Of a DNA stretch of 64,000 nucleotides, positions 40,120-50,262 are shown one piece after another. This DNA comes from Akkermansia muciniphila. GTDB lineage: Bacteria > Verrucomicrobiota > Verrucomicrobiia > Verrucomicrobiales > Akkermansiaceae. Both the position numbers and the translations under genes were made by a program. The notes under the pieces were generated by a model. The model had not been told where the DNA came from. It was given only the letters and a program-made list of their open reading frames with translations, and searched no databases. Position 1 is the stretch's first letter. Each line of letters opens with the position of its first letter. The stretch spans positions 992 through 64,991 of the forward strand of contig CANQLV010000012.1 in assembly GCA_947624785.1 (NCBI GenBank), written 5' to 3'.

Positions 40120-41072
40120 AGAACAGGGAATGGAACAGCACGGAGGAGCAGGGGTCCTCCCTGTGGAAGGACGCCTTTCTGCGGCTTTCGCGCAACCGCG
40201 CGGCCATGTTTTCCCTGCTGGCGCTGGCGCTGATTGTGGCAGCCTGTTTTCTGGGGCCCCTGCTGCCGTGGCTGCCGCACCCGAACGTGCAGAACCTGGC
40301 GCGCATTGCGGAAAGCCCTTCCTGGGAACACTGGTTCGGCACGGACCAGCTCGGGCGGGATCTGCTGGCGCGCGTGCTGTACGGCGGCCGCATTTCCCTG
40401 CTGGTGGGCGTGGTGGCCACGGGCGTTTCCCTGGCCATCGGCGTGACGTACGGGCTGGTTTCCGGTTATGCCGGAGGCAGGCTGGACGCCCTGATGATGC
40501 GCCTGGTGGACGTGCTTTTCGCCCTGCCGTTCATCGTGCTGGTTATTATTTTTTCACTGTCCGTGGAAGAACCCGCCCAGCGGCTGACGCAGTGGGTTTC
40601 CGGCGTCACGGGCTGGTCCGCGGAGATGGTGAGCCCCATCACCGGGCTGATTCCCCTCTTCATCGCCATCGGCGCGCTGGGCTGGCTGACGCTGGCGCGC
40701 ATCGTCCGCACGCAGGCGCTGGAGCTGAAGGGGCAGGAGTTCGTGGAGGCGGCGCGCTCCCTGGGCATCGGGCACATGAAGATTCTGTTCCGCCACATTG
40801 CGCCGAATTTGTTCGGATCCGTCATCGTGTACACGACGCTGGCCGTTCCCGGCATCATGCTGCTGGAGGCCGTCCTGTCCTTCCTGGGCCTGGGCGTGAA
40901 GGCTCCCAATTCTTCCTGGGGCACGCTGATCAAGGAGGGGGCGGACCGCATGGAAGTGAGCCCGGAATTGCTCCTGTTTCCGGCGCTCCTGTTTTCCGCC
41001 ACCCTGCTGGCGCTGAATTTCCTGGGGGACGGCCTGCGTGACGCCCTGGACCCCAAGTCCTCCAAGGATTGA
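40116..41072 (+). CDS. oppC: Oligopeptide ABC transporter permease
   Basis: SLWKDAFLRL..NRAA, HWFGTDQLGRD, EFVEAARSLG, LSFLGLGV..P..SWG; ATGA overlap with oppB. Confidence 0.92.
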   Translation: MKNREWNSTEEQGSSLWKDAFLRLSRNRAAMFSLLALALIVAACFLGPLLPWLPHPNVQNLARIAESPSWEHWFGTDQLGRDLLARVLYGGRISLLVGVVATGVSLAIGVTYGLVSGYAGGRLDALMMRLVDVLFALPFIVLVIIFSLSVEEPAQRLTQWVSGVTGWSAEMVSPITGLIPLFIAIGALGWLTLARIVRTQALELKGQEFVEAARSLGIGHMKILFRHIAPNLFGSVIVYTTLAVPGIMLLEAVLSFLGLGVKAPNSSWGTLIKEGADRMEVSPELLLFPALLFSATLLALNFLGDGLRDALDPKSSKD

Positions 41073-41091
41073 CGCTTTTGAGTAAAAGACA

Positions 41092-41454
41092 ATGAAGGTT
41101 GCTTTAACGATTTCCATGCTGGTGGTCTCCAACGTTTTTATGACGTGGGCGTGGTACGGGCATTTGAAGAAGGGTTCCGCGGCGGACGACAAGCCCCTGC
41201 TGCTGATTATTCTGATGAGCTGGGGCGTGGCTTTTTTCGAGTACTGCTTCATGATTCCCGCCAACCGCCTGGGCAATGCGGGAGGCCTTAACGTGGCCCA
41301 GCTCAAGATCATGCAGGAGGTGATCACCCTGTGCGTGTTCATCCCCTTCGCCCTCTTCTACATCGGGGAAAAATGGAAGTGGGACTACCTGTGGGCTTTT
41401 TTATGCGTGCTGGGGGCCGTTTTCTTTGTCAACAGGGAGCGTTTGCTCGGGTGA
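41092..41454 (+). CDS. DMT superfamily small membrane protein (DUF486-like)
   Basis: SNVFMTWAWYGHLK, SWGVAFFEYCFMIPANR, QLKIMQEVITL. Confidence 0.85.
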   Translation: MKVALTISMLVVSNVFMTWAWYGHLKKGSAADDKPLLLIILMSWGVAFFEYCFMIPANRLGNAGGLNVAQLKIMQEVITLCVFIPFALFYIGEKWKWDYLWAFLCVLGAVFFVNRERLLG

Positions 41455-41513
41455 CAGACTTTTTTCGTTCGCATTCCTCTTTCAGGGTGGTCTTACCATT
41501 CAGAAAGATGAAT

Positions 41514-41744
41514 ATGAAAATAATACCTATTCTTGCCGCAGTAGCCGTAGCCGTCCTGGCCGCGGGCTGTCACCATCGCCATAATAATAACGATTATTAC
41601 CGCCCCGGTCCGTCACACCATTATAACCATAATGATTATAACAACGGCTGGCATCACGGGCAGAACAGGCCGGGTCCCAGGCCCCGCCCGCATTACGTGA
41701 CCGCCAACCAGGCTTCCTATCCGCGCCTGTACCAGCTCATGTAG
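41514..41744 (+). CDS. Small His/Asn-rich lipoprotein (76 aa)
   Basis: MKIIPILAAVAVAVLAAG-C lipobox followed by a low-complexity HH/NN/RPGP mature peptide. Confidence 0.7.
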   Translation: MKIIPILAAVAVAVLAAGCHHRHNNNDYYRPGPSHHYNHNDYNNGWHHGQNRPGPRPRPHYVTANQASYPRLYQLM

Positions 41745-42004
41745 TTTTTGCGGTTACGCAGAAACGCCGCCACTTCCGGAGGAGGGGCGGTGTAAATCAT
41801 GAAGCGGCGCTGGCGGGAAGGACGCGTGTGCAGGAATGCAGTTCCCTGTGTCCTGCATCCCGCCGGCATGGATTCCACCCCCGGTCCGTCCGCTTCCCGG
41901 CACCGGCGCGGGCTCCGGAGGGGCCTTTGCCGGGCCTGACGCTTCGCGCACAGGATATAAGCTTGAAAAGGCGCGGTGCCCCCGGCACTCTATGCGCCAG
42001 ATCA

Positions 42005-43186
42005 ATGACTATAGATGAGCAATTAGACATATTGATGGGCGGTACCGCCGTCGTGATCAGCCGTGAAGAGTTGAAGGAGCGCCTCAAGCTGGGCCGTCCC
42101 CTGCGCGTAAAGCTGGGCGTGGACCCCACCGCGCCGGACATCCACCTGGGCCATACCGTGGCCATTGAAAAACTGCGTCAGTTCCAGGAATTGGGCCACC
42201 AGGCCATTTTGCTCATCGGGGATTTCACTGCCACCATCGGGGATCCCTCCGGCCGTTCCGTCACCCGCCCCCCTCTTTCGCGTGAGCAGGTGCTGGAGAA
42301 CGCGGAGACGTACACCAAGCAGGCGTTCAAGATTCTGGACCGGGACAAGACGGAGATCGTCTACAACGGGGACTGGTTCCGCAAGATGACGTATGAGGAA
42401 GTGCTTAAGCTCAATTCCCGCGTGACCATGCAGCAGATGCTGGCCCGGGAGGATTTCAAGGCCCGCGTGGAGGGCGGAAAGGAAGTCCGCCTGCACGAGA
42501 TGCAGTACCCCATCATGCAGGGGTGGGATTCTGTGGAAATCCGGTCGGACGTGGAGCTGGGAGGCACGGACCAGCTTTTTAACATCCTGGTAGGGCGCGA
42601 CCTCCAGAAGGAGGAAGGCATGCTGCCCCAGATCGCCATGACGATGCCTCTGCTGGAAGGCCTGGACGGCGTGCGCAAGATGTCCAAGTCCTACGGGAAT
42701 TACGTGGGTGTGGATGAAGCTCCGGAGATGATGTTCGGCAAGATGATGAGCGCCAGCGATGAGCTGATGGACCGCTATTACCTGGTTCTGCTGGGCGAGA
42801 AGCGGGACATGGGGCTGCACCCCATGGAAGCCAAGAAGCTGCTGGCCTGGAAGATTACGGCCCGCTATCACGACTCCGCCGCCGCGGACGCCGCCCGCGC
42901 TGACTGGGAAACCCGTTTCTCCAAGAGGGACCTGGCCGCCGCGGATTTGCCGGAAGTGGAGATCGCCTCCCTGCCTGCCGGCATGAATGCGCTGGCCCTG
43001 GTGGCCTTCCTTTTTGAGAACGTTTTCCAGGTGAAGAAGTCCAACGGCGTTTTGCGCAAGGAGCATTTCACGCCCGGCGCCATCCAGTTGAACGACGTCA
43101 AGGTGACGGACCCCGCCGCCGTGCCGGAGCTGGCCCCCGGCGGCGTGCTGCGCCTGAGCAAGAAGCACGCCGTGCGCTTTAAGTAG
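42005..43186 (+). CDS. tyrS: Tyrosine--tRNA ligase
   Basis: LGVDPTAPDIHLGH (HIGH), YPIMQGWD, GGTDQLFN, KMSKS. Confidence 0.96.
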   Translation: MTIDEQLDILMGGTAVVISREELKERLKLGRPLRVKLGVDPTAPDIHLGHTVAIEKLRQFQELGHQAILLIGDFTATIGDPSGRSVTRPPLSREQVLENAETYTKQAFKILDRDKTEIVYNGDWFRKMTYEEVLKLNSRVTMQQMLAREDFKARVEGGKEVRLHEMQYPIMQGWDSVEIRSDVELGGTDQLFNILVGRDLQKEEGMLPQIAMTMPLLEGLDGVRKMSKSYGNYVGVDEAPEMMFGKMMSASDELMDRYYLVLLGEKRDMGLHPMEAKKLLAWKITARYHDSAAADAARADWETRFSKRDLAAADLPEVEIASLPAGMNALALVAFLFENVFQVKKSNGVLRKEHFTPGAIQLNDVKVTDPAAVPELAPGGVLRLSKKHAVRFK

Positions 43187-43223
43187 GGAGCCGGAAACGG
43201 CGTTCACCTTTCTTCCTTCCTCC

Positions 43224-44204
43224 ATGCCGGGATTCCTTTCCAAATTGGACCGCTTTACCGTCGGCCTCGTCGTCAGCGTGAGCGCGGGGATTCTGGTTCC
43301 CTGTTCCGGCGTGTGGGATACGGTGTTCAGCCGCTTGAGCGATGCGGCCATCATCCTGCTCTTTTTCCTGTACGGGGCCAAGCTTTCCCGCCGCTCCGTA
43401 TGGGAGGGGCTGATGCACTGGCGCCTCCAGGGCCTGGTGGCCGCAAGCACCTTCGTGATTTTCCCCCTGCTGGGCATGCTGAGCATGCCGCTGTGGAACA
43501 GCGTGCTGGGGCCGGATTTGTGCATGGGCATGTTGTACGTGTGCATGCTGCCTTCCACGGTGCAGTCCAGCATAGCGTTCACCTCCATGGCGGGCGGGAA
43601 CGTGGCCGCGGCCATCTGCTCCGCTTCCGTTTCCAGTTTGCTGGGGGTGTTCCTCACGCCTCTGCTGGTGGGGCTGGTGTGGTCCCGCGGAGGGGAGGGG
43701 GGCGTGGATTTTTCCACCTTCCTGAACATCTGCTATATTATTCTGGTGCCCTTTGTGGCCGGGCAGGTTGCCCAGCGCTGGATCGGCAAATGGGTGGTCA
43801 CGCACCGGAACATTACTTCCTGGACGGACCACAGCACGATCTGGCTGGTGATTTACACGGCGTTCAGCCATGCGATGATCAACGGCGTGTGGAAGAACCT
43901 GCCCTGGCTCTCCCTGGTGGAGGTGCTTGTCTTCTGCGGCATTCTGCTGGCCGCGGCCCTGTGGATGACGGCCTTCCTTTCCCGCAAGTTGCGTTTCTCC
44001 CGGGAGGACCGCGTCGCGATTATTTTCTGTGGCTCCAAGAAGAGCCTGGCCACCGGCATCCCGATGATGAACGTGATTTTTGCCGGAGCGCCCATCGGGC
44101 TGCTGGTGATTCCCATCATGGTTTTCCACCAGCTCCAGCTGATGGTCTGTTCCTTCCTGGCCAGGAAGTGGGCGAAGGACGTGGGAAAGGGTGACAGGCT
44201 GTAA
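43224..44204 (+). CDS. Bile acid:sodium symporter family (SBF-like/YfeH) transporter
   Basis: LFFLYGAKL, LPSTVQSSIAFT..AGGN, FCGSKKSLATGIP, FHQLQL. Confidence 0.9.
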   Translation: MPGFLSKLDRFTVGLVVSVSAGILVPCSGVWDTVFSRLSDAAIILLFFLYGAKLSRRSVWEGLMHWRLQGLVAASTFVIFPLLGMLSMPLWNSVLGPDLCMGMLYVCMLPSTVQSSIAFTSMAGGNVAAAICSASVSSLLGVFLTPLLVGLVWSRGGEGGVDFSTFLNICYIILVPFVAGQVAQRWIGKWVVTHRNITSWTDHSTIWLVIYTAFSHAMINGVWKNLPWLSLVEVLVFCGILLAAALWMTAFLSRKLRFSREDRVAIIFCGSKKSLATGIPMMNVIFAGAPIGLLVIPIMVFHQLQLMVCSFLARKWAKDVGKGDRL

Positions 44205-44223
44205 GACGGCCTCCGCTTGCCGG

Positions 44224-44580
44224 TCAATGCCCGGCCAGGCGCAGGACGCCGTCGCACTGCATGTCGCGGCCCGGAACGACTACATGGCTGCCGTAGGAGG
44301 GTATTTTGGCCGTGACGGGCTTGTTGCGGAATTTGGACATGAACCGCTGGAAGGGCTCCATGTCCTCCGGGATGATTTTCACTTCCGTATAGGCGGGGTT
44401 GGACGGCATGTCCGTGATTTCCACCCGGAAGGAGCCTACGCCGTTGCCGTCCGGCGTATAGAATTCCAGGGATTCCTCCGGGGAGGAGGGGTGCATGAAG
44501 AACAGGAAGAGCATGATGCCCAGGGCCGCCAGGGTAACGACGGTCAGCGGAATGTTTTTTCTGAGGGGACTGATGTGCAT
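44224..44580 (-). CDS. Hypothetical protein with N-terminal membrane anchor
   Basis: 118 aa ORF filling the gap between two genes; hydrophobic residues about 11-29. Confidence 0.55.
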   Translation of the reverse strand: MHISPLRKNIPLTVVTLAALGIMLFLFFMHPSSPEESLEFYTPDGNGVGSFRVEITDMPSNPAYTEVKIIPEDMEPFQRFMSKFRNKPVTAKIPSYGSHVVVPGRDMQCDGVLRLAGH

Positions 44581-44769
44581 GCCTGCTTTTCCTTTCTTCC
44601 ATAAGATTATGGGTTTTACTTGGACGTGTCAACCCCTCCGGGGGAAAGCCATGACGCGGAGCCGCTCCATGTTCCTTTGGCGGAACAGGTTCCGGCGGCG
44701 CGAGGGTGCACGGAAAAAGGGTTGCGTCCGCGGGGTAATGTGGTAGCTTGTGCGGACAAAGGGAGCCCT

Positions 44770-45993
44770 ATGACCGTGCCCGTAAAGATACTGTCCGTAT
44801 TGACGGGACTGAGCCTGGCCGGAAGCGTTCAGGCGCGCATCTGGACGAATGACCGGGGCGCTACCGTCGTAGCCGTGCTGGTGGCCGTCCGTGATGCGGA
44901 GGTTGACCTGAAGCTTCAGGACGGGCGTATAGTAGCCGTCCCCAAGAACGTTTTTTCCGGCGCCGACCAGGCGTATATTCTGGAATGGGTGAAGTCCGGC
45001 GGCACTCTTCCGGATACGGATGCGGGGGCGGAAAATCCTCCGGCGCAGGGTGCGTCCGGCGGACGTTACGTTCCCTTGGAGCCGAATTGGGACGCTCCGT
45101 GGCCGGAGAGGGCCGCCGCGCCCGGCTACCTGCTGGTGAAGACCGTGCAGGAGACGGATGAGCTGAGCGTGTATGAAACGGATCATTTCATCATTGAGTC
45201 CTCCGGAAAATTGCCGGAAACGGAACGCATGGCCCTGGCGCGGCGTTTTGAAACCATTTTGTCCGCCCTGGCGGCCGTTCCCATGAATCTGGCGGTGGCC
45301 CGCCGCCCCTCTCGCAAGTATCTGGTGCGGGTATGTTTTCAGGAAGAGGATTTCAACAAGGCGCCGGGCCTGCGGAACGGGAGCCTCAAGTTTTCCCCCA
45401 CCAGTTTTACGGTCCTGCTGCTGCGGGATAAAAAGGGAAAGCCGCTGAAGCTGGCCACGGTGGATCCGCGCTTTGCCGTCACTCACTGGGTGGCGCAGTC
45501 CATGGACCTGGAACACTGGCTGGTGGACGGCTTTTCCGCGTACATGGCTTTTCTCCCCATGGAAAGGGAAAAGGGGGCGCTGGTTTTCCGGAAGCTTCCG
45601 GGAAGGTTGGCCGCCATGCTTCCCCGCGCCTTGCGCGCGGGCAGGGCGCCGTTGCCTGCCCTGGCGGACCTGCTGGCGCGGGATTCCGTTCATTCCGCCG
45701 CCGGCCATGGCCTCCCTCCAAAGGGGGACGCGTCACGGTACTGGGCCGATCTGTTATGGACGGTGTACTGGTGCCATCTGGAAGGGGACGGCAAGGCGGA
45801 GCGCCTCAGGCGTTATCTGAAAGCCTGGGATGCGGAAGACGTCAACGGGGCGCACGCCGTCCTGCTGGACGGGAAGGCCCCGGAAGAGGTGGAGCGTGAA
45901 ATGGCCGCTGCCTGGAAAAAACTTGGCGTGAAGCTGAAGTTTGCGCCGCCCGCTCCTCCCGCTGCGGACGGGAAAAAGGCGGCGGGGAAATGA
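44770..45993 (+). CDS. Secreted SHD1-domain protein with degenerate zincin-like domain
   Basis: Signal peptide, RIWTNDRGATVVA.L...V.L...FSGADQAYI (SHD1-like), later VTHW...WLVDGFSAY. Confidence 0.65.
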   Translation: MTVPVKILSVLTGLSLAGSVQARIWTNDRGATVVAVLVAVRDAEVDLKLQDGRIVAVPKNVFSGADQAYILEWVKSGGTLPDTDAGAENPPAQGASGGRYVPLEPNWDAPWPERAAAPGYLLVKTVQETDELSVYETDHFIIESSGKLPETERMALARRFETILSALAAVPMNLAVARRPSRKYLVRVCFQEEDFNKAPGLRNGSLKFSPTSFTVLLLRDKKGKPLKLATVDPRFAVTHWVAQSMDLEHWLVDGFSAYMAFLPMEREKGALVFRKLPGRLAAMLPRALRAGRAPLPALADLLARDSVHSAAGHGLPPKGDASRYWADLLWTVYWCHLEGDGKAERLRRYLKAWDAEDVNGAHAVLLDGKAPEEVEREMAAAWKKLGVKLKFAPPAPPAADGKKAAGK

Positions 45994-46047
45994 CGGAAGG
46001 AGGAGTGGGAAAGCCTCCCTTTTCCCGAAAAGCCGGAGCGCACCGGC

Positions 46048-48246
46048 TCAGATGGTGCCGTTGAGCTTTCTGCCTATCCAGAACAGGGTGAGCAGGAAAA
46101 GAAGGGCCGCGAGCGTGTACGGGCTGCACCAGAGCAGGATGCGCGTTTCCATGGGCGGCGGCACGGGCAGGTCCTTGATTTCCTTGATGAGCTGCTGTAT
46201 TTCCTCCGCCTTCACCATGCGTCCGCGTGTGATGGAGGTCATTTCCTCCATCAGGGCGGTGTTGACGGGCTGGCCGATTTTTTCCAGCGTCTCGCCCATG
46301 GTGATGACCGGGAGCGTGACGGATTTGTCCGGCTCCGCGGAGGAGGAGGCAGTCAGCTTCCAGGTGCCGGGGCGGTTGATTTTGACGGAGGCGGTGAAGG
46401 AACCCCAGGTGTGGTCCATGTTGTCCATCTGCACGCGGCTGGCGGTGCCTTCCGGGGCGGTGATGTCCAGGAAAACCTCCCCGTTCTGGAGGGGGGCTCC
46501 CAGCTTGTCGGAGACCATGGCGGTAACGGTCAGCGTATCCCCCAGGCGCGGGCGTTCCGGATTGGGAATCAGGCGTATTCTCTCCCCGGCGGCCATGTTG
46601 CGCTGGTAGCTCATCCAGCGGGCCACCTGGCTCCAGAAGCGGTAGTGGTACTTGTCTTCCACGCCGCGCCGCCAGCGCCAGGCGGAGTCCGTCCCCATGA
46701 AGAGGACTTTCCCGTTGCCGTAGGACTGGGTGACGATGAGGGGAATGCGGCCGTAGGCGTTCTTATCCGCCGCATGCACGGCCAGGACGGTGGTTCCGGC
46801 CTTGGGCCGTTCCACCGGGGCGTACCAATTGAAACCCGGCAGATTGCGCCACACTTCCTCGTTTTCACCCTCCGTATCCGCCAGCATGGTGAGCAGGGAG
46901 CCGCGCCCTTCCGGCGTCAGGATGAGGGGGGAGGGGGCTGGCTGGGTGGTTCCCTCCGGCCTGGCGGTGAGGAACGTGACGGGCATCAGGTCGCCCAGCT
47001 CGGATTTCAGGAGTTCCATTTGCTTGCCCTGGTAGCCGGGGAGGAAGACGATGCCGCTGGCCTGGTTTTTCACCATGCCCTTGAGCAGGGCGGCCTGTTC
47101 CTCCGTCAGTCCCTTGGGGCCCAGCCCCACGTCGCCGATGAAGATGACGTCATACTGGGCCAGGTCTTCCATCCTGTCCGGGAATTTGACCAGGTAGCCG
47201 GGGCCTTCCCCCATTTCCTCCAGCCCCGGGTGAAAAAGCAGGGTGTGCACGTCTACGCCGGGGTCGCGGTACAGGGCGTTCCGGATGAAGCGGTATTCCC
47301 AGCGCGGCAGCGTGTCGATCACCAGCACCTTGATGGATTCCCTCCTGCCGGCGATGCTGAAGGAGGAGGCGTTGTTGTTGTGCATCCGTTCCTGGGGCTG
47401 GACGGGGAGCTTGAGCTCCAGCGTTTCCGCCCCTTCCTTTTCTATCTTCCACAGGACGGCGTCGGACACCTCCCCCTGGGCCGGGATGGTGACCGTGCGG
47501 GTGACGGTTTTTCCGGTGTCCCTGGAAGTCAGGGTGAGCGTGGTGCGCGTTTCCTTGCCCAGCGTGCTTTTAATGGTGAAGGGTATTTGCACCGTCTCCC
47601 CGATGATGCCGTAGGTGGGGGCTTTCACGTCCTGGAGGGCCAGGTCTGGCAGGGGGTAGGGGCTGCCGGCGGGAATGATGAAGAGGGGGATGCCCCTGGT
47701 GCGCATGCGCTGGGCCTGCGTCAGCACGGAGGAGGAGGCGTTGTGGCCGCCGTCCGTAAACATGATGACCGCCCGCAGGTTGTCCGAGGATTGCATGGCC
47801 TCCTCCAGCGGCTTGGCCAGGTCCGTGCAGGCCATGGAGTAATCCGGGGAGTCCGGCGGAGGGGGGGAGCCGAAGGCGGCGGACTCCACTACATGCGTGT
47901 CTTTCAGGGATTCCGTGCTGTTGCCCTTGATCAGCTCCTGCACGTAGGCCGTGCGGGTAACGACGTGCTGGGGGGTGATTTCCACGTCCTGCGTTTCCAT
48001 GGAGCCGGAGCGGTCCTCCAGGATGGAGACCTTGGGCTTTTCCTGCGGGGCGGAGGTGACGACCCATTCCGGCTGGAAGAGCAGGAAGCAGATGGCCCCC
48101 AGAATCACCAGGCGCAGGAGTTCCAGCTTGAACGTCAGCGGGCGGCGGTTGCGTTTGCAGGCGGTGCGGCTCATCCAGACGCCGGCCGCCATGACCAGGA
48201 CGGCCAGGAGGATGCTTAAAGCGGTAGGTTGAAGGCTCAGGCTCAT
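46048..48246 (-). CDS. Membrane protein with vWA domain and class I glutamine-amidotransferase-like (DUF1355-type) domain
   Basis: MIDAS-like DRSGSM...TD....TDG, P.PRWEYRFIRNAL, YDVIFIGD, YGNGKVLFMGTDSAWRWR. Confidence 0.75.
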   Translation of the reverse strand: MSLSLQPTALSILLAVLVMAAGVWMSRTACKRNRRPLTFKLELLRLVILGAICFLLFQPEWVVTSAPQEKPKVSILEDRSGSMETQDVEITPQHVVTRTAYVQELIKGNSTESLKDTHVVESAAFGSPPPPDSPDYSMACTDLAKPLEEAMQSSDNLRAVIMFTDGGHNASSSVLTQAQRMRTRGIPLFIIPAGSPYPLPDLALQDVKAPTYGIIGETVQIPFTIKSTLGKETRTTLTLTSRDTGKTVTRTVTIPAQGEVSDAVLWKIEKEGAETLELKLPVQPQERMHNNNASSFSIAGRRESIKVLVIDTLPRWEYRFIRNALYRDPGVDVHTLLFHPGLEEMGEGPGYLVKFPDRMEDLAQYDVIFIGDVGLGPKGLTEEQAALLKGMVKNQASGIVFLPGYQGKQMELLKSELGDLMPVTFLTARPEGTTQPAPSPLILTPEGRGSLLTMLADTEGENEEVWRNLPGFNWYAPVERPKAGTTVLAVHAADKNAYGRIPLIVTQSYGNGKVLFMGTDSAWRWRRGVEDKYHYRFWSQVARWMSYQRNMAAGERIRLIPNPERPRLGDTLTVTAMVSDKLGAPLQNGEVFLDITAPEGTASRVQMDNMDHTWGSFTASVKINRPGTWKLTASSSAEPDKSVTLPVITMGETLEKIGQPVNTALMEEMTSITRGRMVKAEEIQQLIKEIKDLPVPPPMETRILLWCSPYTLAALLFLLTLFWIGRKLNGTI

Positions 48247-50225
48247 GGGCGGATGGTGGGGGAGGGGCGTTTGGCCGCGTGCCTGGGCAGGGACAGGAAA
48301 GCTTCCAGCAGCAGGCAGGCGAGGGAGATGATGAGGAAGAGCTTCCAGGCCTCCTGCACCAGGGAGGGCGTTTCCGCCGTGCTCCGCATGGAGCTGATGG
48401 AGGCCTCCGGCAGAAGGAGGCGGAGCTTTTCATCCGTAATCTGGTCAGGATTGTCTTCCGACCAGGGGCGGTTCACGGCGTAGGTCTGCGCTCCCAGGCG
48501 GTACACGCCCGCCGTGTCCGCCGGAGAGCCGGAGGGGTGGCTGCCCTGGGCGTTGTCCATGCGCACGGGGGTGTCCGTGGCGGATTGCGGCAGGGCCGGG
48601 TCATTTACCCGGAGGGAGATGGAGGTGGAGAAGCGTTCCGCCCCACGGTCCGCCATGCGCTGGAGCAGGGGGAGCAGCAGGTGGCCGTCCGCCAGGTTGG
48701 ACCAGGAGTATCTGGGCAGAGTTCCCAGGAACAGCGCGGACCCCGTTCCGGCCCTGACCTGGGCCAGGGCGCAGGTGCCGTCATCCCAGGAGGCCAGGGT
48801 GCGGTATTTGCCCAGCAGGGGCTTCCGGCGCACGGCGCGGAGCCGGTTGGCGGGAATGGCCGCCTGGTCGGAGCCGTCCCGGAGGAAGCCGCGCTGGCGG
48901 TCCCATGTTTCCAGGCGGTAGTACTCCTCGGGCGGGGCCGTTTCCATCGTGCCCCAGGAGACGCCCAGGAACGGCCGCCGCGTGCCGTGGGCCGTATCAT
49001 CCGGCAGGAAGAGGACGATTCCCCCCTCTTCAATGAAGGCCAGGAGCTTTTCTTCCATTTCCGCGCGCGGCGGCGGTCCGTACCAGACGACCATGGACTG
49101 GGAGACCAGGCCGGCCTGCGCCGCCCGCGTGTTGCCGGGCATCGTGGCTTTCCTGTTGGGAAGGCCGGGAGGGGCGGACATCAGGGAGAGGGTTTTCCCC
49201 ACTTCCCCCGCGGGGCCGCAGATCAGGACGTTGGCGAGGGGCCGGGGGGCGAAGGTGAAGAAGGAAATGTCATCCCTGGTGAAGTCGTCATGAGGCAGGG
49301 AAACGAAGCCGAAGCCGGATTCCTTGCCCTGCGGCAGCGGAATTTCCTTCCTGATGGCGGTGCTTTCCCCGGCCAGTTGCAGCGTGGCGGAGGCGGCGGC
49401 ATTATCCACGGAAAGGTGTACCGGTACGTCCTCCGGCTGGTTGGGGTTGAAGCCCTGGCGCAGCACCTCCAGGTCCAGCACCAGCCTGCCGTTGTTCACC
49501 TGGGCCTGCCTGACCCTGATGCCGCGGTTGCTTTCCGGCCTGTCGCGGAGCGCCATGATGCGGATGGAAGGGGGAATGGCCAGAGCGGCCAGCCGCTGGC
49601 GCACGCCGGGCCAGAGGGGGGAATCCGGCCTCCAGGAGGAGGCCTGCATGTCTGATGCAATCCAGATTTCCGTCTTTCCGGAGCCGGACTCCTCCAGGTA
49701 CGGGATGGCTTTTTGCAGCAGGGCCGGAATGTCCGCGCCGCCGTCCGTGGTTTTGCTGACGGTCAGGTCCGCCAGGGCTTCCGGAGCGGGAATCTGGGTG
49801 ACGGTTCCGGTTGCGGAATCAAGCAGGGACAGGCGGCAGTGGCCAAGCTGCGCGAAGGTGGATTCCACCAGCGGCGGAACGGCGTCCCGCAGGGAGTTGG
49901 TTTTATCCGGACGTGCGTCCATGGAGGCGGAACGGTCCAGAACCAGCAGGACTTCATTCAGCCCTGAACTTCCCCAGCCGAAGAAGCTGCTGAGGAGGGG
50001 CCGCGCAAAGGCCGTTACCAGCGCCGCCACGGCCAGGACGCGCAGCGCCAGAATCAGGTAGTGCAGCAGTTTCTTCGTCCCGCGGGTTTCCCTGGCCGCG
50101 CGGAGCAGGAATTCCATGGCCGCCCAATGGACGGAGCGGTGCCGCCACCTGTTGACCAGGTGGATGATGATGGGAATGGAGGCTGCGAAGAGGGCCCATA
50201 GCAGCCATGGAGAGGTGAAGGACAT
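48243..50225 (-). CDS. BatA (aerotolerance regulator N-terminal) + vWA domain membrane protein
   Basis: MSFTSPWLLWAL.AASIPIIIHL......WAAMEFL, LAFARP, LVLDRSASM, IASDMQ. Confidence 0.85.
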   Translation of the reverse strand: MSFTSPWLLWALFAASIPIIIHLVNRWRHRSVHWAAMEFLLRAARETRGTKKLLHYLILALRVLAVAALVTAFARPLLSSFFGWGSSGLNEVLLVLDRSASMDARPDKTNSLRDAVPPLVESTFAQLGHCRLSLLDSATGTVTQIPAPEALADLTVSKTTDGGADIPALLQKAIPYLEESGSGKTEIWIASDMQASSWRPDSPLWPGVRQRLAALAIPPSIRIMALRDRPESNRGIRVRQAQVNNGRLVLDLEVLRQGFNPNQPEDVPVHLSVDNAAASATLQLAGESTAIRKEIPLPQGKESGFGFVSLPHDDFTRDDISFFTFAPRPLANVLICGPAGEVGKTLSLMSAPPGLPNRKATMPGNTRAAQAGLVSQSMVVWYGPPPRAEMEEKLLAFIEEGGIVLFLPDDTAHGTRRPFLGVSWGTMETAPPEEYYRLETWDRQRGFLRDGSDQAAIPANRLRAVRRKPLLGKYRTLASWDDGTCALAQVRAGTGSALFLGTLPRYSWSNLADGHLLLPLLQRMADRGAERFSTSISLRVNDPALPQSATDTPVRMDNAQGSHPSGSPADTAGVYRLGAQTYAVNRPWSEDNPDQITDEKLRLLLPEASISSMRSTAETPSLVQEAWKLFLIISLACLLLEAFLSLPRHAAKRPSPTIRP

Positions 50226-50262
50226 GGGAGGATAGGGGTAGTTGGGAATTCAGGCCTGCTTT

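Noticed and set aside
41745-42004. T-box riboswitch upstream of tyrS
   Set aside because: Hairpins are present, but there is no T-box consensus (AAGGGTGGNACC) or specifier loop.
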